A DNA stretch of 64,000 nucleotides from Eledone cirrhosa. Lineage: Eukaryota. Location: NCBI GenBank assembly GCA_964016885.1, contig OZ024741.1, positions 191,022,001-191,086,000 on the forward strand. The letters are read 5' to 3'. Shown here in pieces: positions 54,150 to 64,000 of this stretch (within the stretch, counting starts at the first letter, position 1; each line of letters starts with the position of its first letter). The notes beneath the pieces are model-generated. The model searched no databases. It was not told the DNA's origin and saw only the letters and a list, made by a program, of their open reading frames with translations. The translations under genes and the position numbers were made by a program.

Positions 54150-54590
54150 CAAGGTTTGTCCCAAGCTTATGCAGATGCCACTCTATTGAGAAGTAGGTTC
54201 TTTTAAGGGGCACAAAGTTTTCAAAGAGAGTCGAGAACATGTTGAAAACAAACCTCATTCTGGAATGCCAATCTCATCAACAAATGGACAACATGTTGAA
54301 GTGGTACAAGCTTTACCTCCAGGACAGATAGTTAATTGCACCTTCTACAAGGATGTCCTGGAACAATTTCGAAAAAAAGGTCCACCGAGTCTGAAAGGGC
54401 ATTGCGAGAGATTGGGGACTGTGCCTTCATACAGCAATTTTAATTAGAGAATTTCTGATGAAGAAAAATATTCCCACTTGTCCACATCTAACTTACAGCC
54501 CAGGTCTAACTCCATGTGGTTTCTACATCTTGAAATCAAAGTTGAAGGGTTATCATTTTGGGACTGTGGAAATGACAACACAGATGCAAA
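54150..54590 (+). mobile_element. Mariner transposase remnant
   Basis: HLTYSPGLTPCGF..KSKLKG matches YSPDLAP.DF; LPPGQIVN..FYKDVL. Confidence 0.7.
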
Positions 54591-54594
54591 AATA

Positions 54595-55620
54595 CAAAAT
54601 CTTGTTAATATCAAGCTTAGGGGGAAGTAGAGGAAGGCTTGGAGCTTTGGGCATAAGTCCTTCTTCGAGAAATAGAGAGTTCAGAGAGAGAACAAGTTGA
54701 AACATCAGAGTTTGGAAAAAAATGTTTAAGAAGGCTGGGGTTGGTAGGCGAGTGGTTTGGCATTCATCAGAGGGGACCAAGGTGAAAAGTCCAGGACTAT
54801 CATGGATGTTGTTATGAGTGTGCAGATAAATGGGTTGTATTTTGTGAGTGCACATTATTGCTTCTGTCTGTGTGTCTGTGAATTCTTTTGTTTTATTTTT
54901 TTATTTTTTTGCATGCATGCAAGTGCACCTAACTGTGTGTGTATCTTTATGTATGGGTATGTATGTGTATGTCTGTGTGTGAGCATGTGTATATGCGAAT
55001 ATACACATTTAGGTCCAAATAATTTTCGTAAATGTCGTGGTCAGGGGGAGACAGAGGAGGGGGCTGGTTGTGATGCACACAGATTGGAAGTGGTTTGGAA
55101 TGGGAGCTGTGATGGTAGTGTGTGTGTGTGAGTGTGTGTGTGAGAGTGTGTGTGTGTATTGGTGATAAAGGGGCATAGTATGAATGTAATGAGAAGAGTT
55201 AGTTGATGGTAATGTGGTCTGATAATTATTTTCTACCGGTAGAGGGGTTAAATGTGTATCATGGATATATGGGTGTAACGGATTAATTAGTTGTGTTGAT
55301 GAGTGTGCTGCTGAAGTAGAACTTGTGTTGGTGTAAAGGTGGGTGATGAGAAAGACTAAAGGAGGAGGAGTGGGGAATTAAGACCATTTCTGTTCTAGGC
55401 CCGAAGAGAAAAAAATAATATGCGGCTCTGCTCTCATGAATGCAACAAGGCCAAAATAGAGAGGCGGGGGTGGAGTGTCCAACAGAGTGGAAATATTGAG
55501 CAGCTGGAGACTGGTTGCTGAGATGGATGTCCTGTCTGCTAGGTGATGACTGGTTTGTCCAGTGTAGATGGCTCCGCATAGCATGCATAGACAAGGTTGG
55601 AGGAGACCCTCACTCGAAAA
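54595..55620 (-). mobile_element. Penelope-like element 3' end (GIY-YIG remnant plus pLTR with decayed hammerhead)
   Basis: CMLCGAIYTGQT..LADR and DIHLSNQSPAAQYFHSVGHS; downstream CGAAGAAGGACTTATGCCCAAAGCTC. Confidence 0.65.
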
Positions 55621-55694
55621 GATTGGCTGTTGGACCCACGGAGGGTGATGGTGTTGGTGATGTATGTATGTATGTATGTATATATATATATATG

Positions 55695-56302
55695 TCAGGT
55701 CACCAGTTGGTGCTACTGGTAACATGTATCCCAGTACAACCTGTCTCATGGTCGGGTCATTGGCGACTAAACTAGCAACCCCACCAAGGTTTCTTGGTGA
55801 GGAGGGTGACTTTGGACATCCTGCAGGACTAAAAACAAAACCTGTCAAAGGGCAAAGGAGCTCTTAAGAGTCAATGGCCATCCAAAATCACCGGGAGAGA
55901 TGACCCCTTAGCCTTTGTCAAGGCAGAATTCTAGGAGAAGGAAAACTCTGATATAACACCTGCAACCCTGATGGTATCCAATGATGTTGACATGTTCTTC
56001 TTTTTGGTAAATATCATCTTGGTTAAGAGAGTGGGACTGGCTTTGTGCAGTGCCTTTGCTCACTATAAAAGCTTCACGGCACAGGCATTGCTTTATATCT
56101 GGAGATCTCTCTGCACTTGTCATCACATGGTACTATGGGCCCAGCACTGTGTGTCAATAATTGTCACAAGTCAATAATTGTCACAAGAGTTTTCAAGTCG
56201 CTGGCTGGACTAAAAAGTCACACTCGTTCAGCGCATCGGTAGGGGTTCTCCTACATGGATATAAAGTAGTGGCTGTACTCGAAAACGAGTTGGCAGCCAC
56301 CA
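55695..56302 (+). mobile_element. Family C, full ~600-bp non-autonomous element between (TA)n tracts
   Basis: 5' part shared with 37558, 3' part with 20322; ends ACTCGAAAACGAGT-TGGCAGCCACC. Confidence 0.7.
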
Positions 56303-56989
56303 TATATATATATACTGAATTTTCTTTCTCAATACATGGTTTTCACACCACTTCAATCTCTAGATGTTTTCATGAGTTTATTCTCACCTGTTCTCACATA
56401 AAAAATTCATTGGTCAATTTTCAAACTAAATATCTCTTTACTTTTTTAAAATCTACTTTTTTGCTCTTTATCCTCATGGCTGGTACACCCCAGTTGTTCT
56501 CTGCTGATTTTTTCGTTTGTTTATTTTTTTTTAACTTTCTCACCTCTTACTAATAATATTTTCTACCTTTCTGTTCAACCTTTTCATTACCATATTTATA
56601 ATCAATTAATGAATAATGAATTTGGTGGGATTTACTAACTCTATTAATTATTTCATTGTTAAGATGGTATTTGTAAAATAATGTAATGAAAGGTACTTAT
56701 GTCAAATTACATTTGAAGATAATAATTTAAATAGGAACTCTGTAAAATGATAGGTTTTATTTCATAAAACCAGAGGCAGTTTCAGATTGGTTGGTATTAA
56801 AAAGGTTAATCTCTATTTATTCATCAGCCTAGACTGCTTAATATCTTTAAAATCACACCTTTGAGGAAATAGGGGTGGCATTTATCTCTGTAATCCCTCC
56901 TCAGCAAACAACTTTCATCCATACGCGGTCGATAAAATAAAGCACCAGTAATACACTGGGATAATTGCTGGCCTTGTGCCAAAAGTAGA

Positions 56990-57745
56990 GAGGATATACG
57001 CAGACTGGAGAGAAATGAAGCTTTCATGCTCCGTTGGATGTGTAATAGTAATATACGTGAACGGCAAAGCATAAACGAACTAAGGGAGAAATTAGGAATA
57101 AGAGGGATCAGATGTTGTTTACTCGAGAGAAGACTACGTTGGTATGGTCATGTGATGCGCATGAAAGACGACAGCTGTATAAAAAAGTGCAGGGCGATAA
57201 AAATAGACGGTAGCCACATAGTAGGCAGACCCAGAAAAACCTGGGACGACTTGATAAATTCCGACCTCACACACTTACACCTCTCCAGGACAATGTCACT
57301 GGACCGAGATCTTTGGCGCTACACAGTAATACAGAAGACCCGCCTTGCCTAAGTACAAAGCGAAACCTACAGTCAGTAGGCACCTCTAACAAAAATACAC
57401 CTCCGTCCCACTACCCGCACCCCATCCACACCACCCCTTTCAATGTAAAGTTATGTTGGTACCACAACATCCAGTCCAAAACAAATGAGGTCGTGTAGGT
57501 GTCACGACAAAAAAAACACACAGTCCACGCTGTAATGTGGCCGTGTAGGTAACACGGTAAAAACCTCCCAGTCCACACTGTAAACATGGTTGGTGTTAGG
57601 AAGGGCATTCAGCCGTAGAAAACCCGCCAGATAGTCCTATGCGAGCAAGACAACAATCTTGCCTCAAGTGGGAAAATTCCCGTCCAAACCCATGAAAGCG
57701 TGGAAGATGGACGTTAAACGATGATGATAATGATGATGATGATTA
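56990..57745 (+). mobile_element. RTE LINE 3' end
   Basis: Near-identical to 41160-41915. Confidence 0.9.
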
Positions 57746-57779
57746 TTAGTCTTGTTTTTATTCTGCATCATTTCTGCAT

Positions 57780-59068
57780 CACCGAGCACAGATCTCTGCC
57801 CATGTTTTTTGTGGTCTTCCTCTACTGCGTCTTCCTTCTACTGGCAGTCTTCTCTCCCGCACACTACACAGTTTCTCTTATACACAGTTTCTCTCTCAAC
57901 TCATCTATGTTTGGTCATTCATGCACATTGACATTGGACATCCAATGGAGCATGCTTGCTTCATTTCTCTCCAACCATCACATATCCTCCGCAGTTGCTG
58001 CCCATGTCTCACTATCATGGAGCATTGTGCATCTGACACAGGCATCATATACCCGGCCTTTCGTTCGTAAGGAGAAACTCTTCTTTGTTAACTGAGGAAG
58101 CAGCTCCTTAAACTTCTTCCAACCTGTCCTTATTCTAGATACACCCTCGTCCCTTGCTAATCTGATCACCTAAGTATCGGAAGCTATCAACCACCCGTAT
58201 AGATCCTACTTGCATTTGAAAAATGTGTCTATCACTGTGACTTCTACTGTCAAATTTCCCTGAACATCTACTGCATATGTAGTTTTCCCTACCTGTTAGT
58301 TTGCTTATTATCCCACTACATCTTTTGTGTACCCAAGATTTGCATTGTGTACATTTTATAGAATTTATGCCAAATTCTTTCTACATATCGAACATGGCCA
58401 TTTCCCTGATGGAATCAGAGTTTTATCCTCTTTTCTACTTATCAACACTTTAGTCTTAGCTAGATTCACTCTCAGTCTGCTTGACTCCATTTGTGTTTCC
58501 ATAGCCAGAATTTATTCTCTAGCTCCTCTACTGATTCTGCTATAAGTACCAGATTGTCAGCATAGAGAAGTTCCCATGAGCAGCCAGTCTTAAACTCCTC
58601 TGTCATGGCTTGGAGGACTATAATGAACAAGCGTGGGCTGAGGACCAAACCCTGATGTACTCCTACTTGTATCTGGAATTCCTCACTAAACTCCATTCCT
58701 ACTCTCACTTTACTGACAGCACCCCTGTACATAGCTTTCACTGTCCTCACAAGCCATACCTCTACACCTAGTTTCCTAAGGGACCACCAGATGACAGATT
58801 GGGGTACCCTATCAAACGCCTTCTTTAGGTCATCAAAGGCTAAGTATAGTGGCTTATTCTTCTCTAAGAACCTCTCTTGTAGTTGTCTCACTAAGAAGAG
58901 GGCATCTGTTGTACTTTTCCAAACTGCATCTCATCTAATTTGACCCTTTCTCTAATTAGTTGTGCTTGTATTCTTTCTGCCACTTTCACAACCTGATCCA
59001 TCAGTTTTATGCCCCTATAATTGCTCCTCTTCAGAACACCCCCTCCTCTCCAGAACACCCTCTTTACC

Positions 59069-59070
<2 letters not shown>
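57780..59070 (-). mobile_element. RTE LINE fragment whose 5' part is duplicated in inverted orientation (59167-59346)
   Basis: LKKAFDRVP, HQGLVLSP, LLYADNL, HDSETW. Confidence 0.9.
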
Positions 59071-59100
<30 letters not shown>

Positions 59101-59349
59101 TATATATATTTATATATATAAATATATATATATTTATATATATTTATATATATATCTATCTATATATAGGTAAAGGGGGTGTTCTGGAGAGGAGGGGGTG
59201 TTCTGGAGAGGAGCAATTATAGGGGCATAAAACTGATGGATCAGGTTGTGAAAGTGGCAGAAAGAATACAAGCACAACTAATTAGAGAAAGGGTCAAATT
59301 AGATGAGATGCAGTTTGGAAAAGTACAACAGATGCCCTATTCTTAGGAA

Positions 59350-59636
59350 ACAACACAGACCGGGTGATGTGTTGTTTCCTTGAGCAAGACACTTTATTTC
59401 ACATTGCTCCAGTTTACTCAGCTGTAGAAATGAGATGATAGAGACTGGGGTCCCTATCATTACACTGCAAAGTGGTTGTGGAGGTGCCACGGCAAAAAAA
59501 AGCACCCAGCACTCACTGTAAATGAGGTTGGTGTTAGGAAGGGCATCCAGCTGTAGAAATCAAGCCAGAATCAGTTCCCGTCCCACCCTTGTAAGCAGGG
59601 AAAAAGCGGACGTAAAAATGAAATGAAAAATGTAAA

Positions 59637-59640
<4 letters not shown>
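59350..59640 (+). mobile_element. SINE family A, 5'-truncated
   Basis: Matches 28455-28710. Confidence 0.85.
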
Positions 59641-59692
<52 letters not shown>

Positions 59693-59716
59693 TTATATAT
59701 ATATATATATATATAT

Positions 59717-60350
59717 AAACGGAAAAAATGAAACGAAATTTCATTTCTCACTCTTAGTACGGCTTAATTCGGTATCTTTGTTTACAAACACACCGAGCAT
59801 TATAATAAATGTTTGGTGAATCCATACGTACATATATATATGTGTGCATGTATGTATATATCTATACATACTACTGTACGTCTGTATACATATATGTATG
59901 TACGTATACATACTTATATTTAAGTAACAGCCGTACTAAGAGTGAGAAATGAAATTTCGTTTCATTTTTTCCGTTTATCGTTTTCGGTGTGCCCGGCCGA
60001 TTAACTCACTCGATATGCAAATTAGGCTGCTCAGCCGTTAATATGCATAAGGAAAGTATATACTTTCAGACGTTCAATCATCTGGCAGGAAGGTATGCGT
60101 TGCTGACGATAGCTAATAAGCTTGAAACTAGTACAGCGTTCCTTTGTCAGTGTTGAACAAATGAGCAACGATGGTTGCTAGACACTGTACGGCTTAATTC
60201 GGGATGTTTGTTTACAAACACACCGAACATTATAATAAATGTTCGGTGAATCCATACGTACATATATATATGTGTGCATGTATGTATATACATATATACA
60301 TACTACTGTACGTCTGTATACATATATATATGTACGTATACATACTTATA
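59717..60350 (+). mobile_element. Family H1: about 1.4 tandem units of ~430 bp plus a short inverted end
   Basis: GTACGGCTTAATTCGG at 59757 and 60187; inverted repeat 59717-59764 / 59929-59976. Confidence 0.75.
60098..60138 (+). ncRNA. Minimal type I hammerhead ribozyme
   Basis: CGTTG-CTGACGA-T-AGCT(AATA)AGCT-T-GAAA-CTAG-TA^CAGCG. Confidence 0.72.
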
Positions 60351-61091
60351 TATATATATATATATATATAAATATATATATAGTAAAAGAATGAAGAATA
60401 ACAGGGTCGGCTGTATAATAGGAAGTTATCAAATGCAAAAGCCTACACAAAGGGAATGTCTCCTTGTGGACTCTGTAATATGGAGCTACTCCATATTCTA
60501 TAATATAACAAACTGCTGCTCGATAGCAAGCTCGAGTGGACAATTTTATGTAGGCATAAAGCCGTCACTAAATTCTCTAACTACAAACTCAGACGAGCAT
60601 GATTAGATCCAGCAATCTCACTAACCATTCTAAACCATCCAGATTTAAAATGTCTACTATACTGATGCCAACAAACCAACTTTACACATCCTCACTATAA
60701 TTAACTGTCAGTTGACCAATCAGACATTAAATCAATCGACAGTCCCTCAGCTTTTTTATAGACACACCCTCTCATACACAGCACTACCACCAATCTTCAC
60801 CTCCATTAGGATAATACTTTTCAAAATACCCCAACCTTAATCACCTGTCTATTATCATTATATTTTTATTTTATATTCTGCCACTTCATCTATGTAACCC
60901 ACCTCACACCACTGTATTTGAATGTCCCCACTACCCCATCATCCCATTTTATTACACTAACCAGTATCTCCTATTCATATCATCCCTTCATACCACTTCC
61001 CTCACTTTCTTCATGTTATTATTATTATTGTCATTACTATTTAATGCCTCTATCCCCTCATCACTGCAACCATTACTACTACTACTACTAC

Positions 61092-61142
<51 letters not shown>

Positions 61143-61805
61143 CTTATTATTATTATCTTATTATTATTAGGTGGATTGGCAGTATCGGGAGAGGGTCGGA
61201 TGCCATGCTTTGCAGCAAAGAGTTACGGCCCGAGGTTAACTTTGCCTTTCATCCTTACGGGATCGATAAAATAAAGTACCAGTAATACACTGGGATAATT
61301 GCTGGCCTTGTGCCAAAAGTAGAAACAATTATTATTGTTTACATTCATGTTATTCTCCCACGTGTCTATAAATACTAGCGCACTGTATCATGTACACAGA
61401 TCAGTATTCTGATGATTTGGTCAGGTATCGACTGTAATTAAGGTCAAGTGATGTGACTCTAATGATCAGCAATTTTTAGACACACTGGACTAATGAAACA
61501 ATTGTTAATACTTTAAATAACCCCTATTGTAGAACCAACCACGTTATTCTTCATTCTTTTACTATTATTACTCCAAGAACTGCTTGCCTAGGAACTTTCT
61601 TAAACCGGCCACCCGACTAAGGAAACTTCTTGTTGAGTCAAACAACACCATATGTTAAAACTATCCTTGATACAGAGTACTCACAACATCTAGCTGGATT
61701 ACCTTAAATGATATCTTATTATCCTATATATATATATATAGTGATAGAACACTGGAATGTAATATCTGTAGTGGTAGAGCACTCAGTCCATGGGACAAGT
61801 TAGGT

Positions 61806-62856
<1,051 letters not shown>

Positions 62857-62875
62857 TATATACATACATGTGTAT

Positions 62876-63131
62876 ATATGTGAGTCCTGTGTTCTATTGG
62901 GGGTAACCACAGTTAGTACTCAATACATTAGTAGAGTGTAAACATCTAGTTTGATATAGAAAAGGCTTCCGTAGGACTAGAATTGTTTTATTCATGATAA
63001 TTTCTTTTGAATAAAACAGTTCTAATCCTGTGGAAGCCGTTGCTATATTAAACATGATGTTTACACTCTACTAATGTATTGAGTTCCTTACTAGCTGTGG
63101 TTACCCTTGATTAAACCTGGGATTCACGCAC
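62876..63131. repeat. Fold-back element with ~115-bp arms
   Basis: GGGTAACCACAG..CTCAATACATTAGTAGAGTGTAAACATC and its inverse; centre homologous to 25083-25140. Confidence 0.8.
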
Positions 63132-63622
63132 ACATATACGTGCACATACATATATATACACACACCCATTTGGTCCATTCGTCTTCGTTAATCGGTAATT
63201 GTTTCCCAATTGTACCTGTCGATCAATTAATAATTGTGTACACAAGTTTTAGCACTCAATATAATATAATTTCCAGACAGTGATATAATTATGCAGGTTT
63301 ACATATGAATGAAAAATAAGGCAGTATTCTGGAATCATATAATTTTATTAATTACATCATTGATAAAATGATATAAGATTACAAAATACTGCCTTTATCT
63401 TCATTTATATATATATATATATATATATATGGCAATGAATTTGTTTTGCAAGGTTTTTGATATGAAATCATGTGTTGAAACAAATATTGGTATATTTGGG
63501 GAGGGTCATATTGTTATAATATTGCCAGAAATAATAATAAAACACACTCACTGTTTGGTTTGGATTGGTTTTCGCTTCTGTATATTTTATATCCCTATAG
63601 TTAATTTAGCTGGCAATTAATG

Positions 63623-63786
63623 TTTGTCGTTGATTGACCAACAGTTATAAATATAGATATAAATATATATATATATATATATATAGTCTATGAAAGTTCT
63701 TTCATCACACACCTGTGACATCATCATAGTACCACTGATGATGTCACATATCTATATTTTTAACTGTTGGTCAATCAATGATAAAT
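63623..63786. repeat. Nested fold-back (another at ~63303-63410)
   Basis: TTGATTGACCAACAGTTA / TAACTGTTGGTCAATCAA; inner GTGACATCATCA / TGATGATGTCAC. Confidence 0.7.
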
Positions 63787-64000
63787 ATATATATATTTAT
63801 ATATATATTGTTAGTGTGTTCACCATGCAACCGTTGACCTGAGTTCACCAGATAGCATTCAGAGATAAAGACAAGCAACTTCTAATGTTTATCAATACGA
63901 GGCACATCATAGAGCCTCTTTACAACTAGCTGGCCAGACCCAAGTGTTACATTCTATTGGCATCACCATTAACTAATTAGAGTGTGATTTGCTCAACTCT

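Noticed and set aside
60380-60606. GQFYVG as a GIY-YIG motif
   Set aside because: Too short, with no supporting downstream residues

Overview
AT-rich, microsatellite-dense animal genomic DNA made almost entirely of decayed transposons. The SINE/LINE set suggests a coleoid cephalopod (Octopus-like); this is an inference. No intact protein-coding gene is visible, only a CpG-rich promoter/first-exon candidate near 26.0-26.3 kb and a few weak micro-exon candidates. Recognisable content: Tx1/L1-like, R4/Dong-like, many RTE, CR1 and Penelope LINE fragments, two tRNA-derived SINE families, Helitron pieces (one with a Pif1 helicase fragment), a Gypsy LTR element with inverted termini, a mariner remnant, and 105-, 40- and 30-bp tandem arrays. 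The main unexplained signal is a set of type I hammerhead ribozyme motifs from several unrelated sequence families. Most lie in or at the turning point of fold-back repeats (14.2, 53.5, 61.9, 63.0 kb) or in a ~430-bp repeat unit (37.1, 43.3, 60.1 kb), which suggests non-autonomous Penelope/retrozyme-like ribozyme elements. Element boundaries were read by eye and are approximate.
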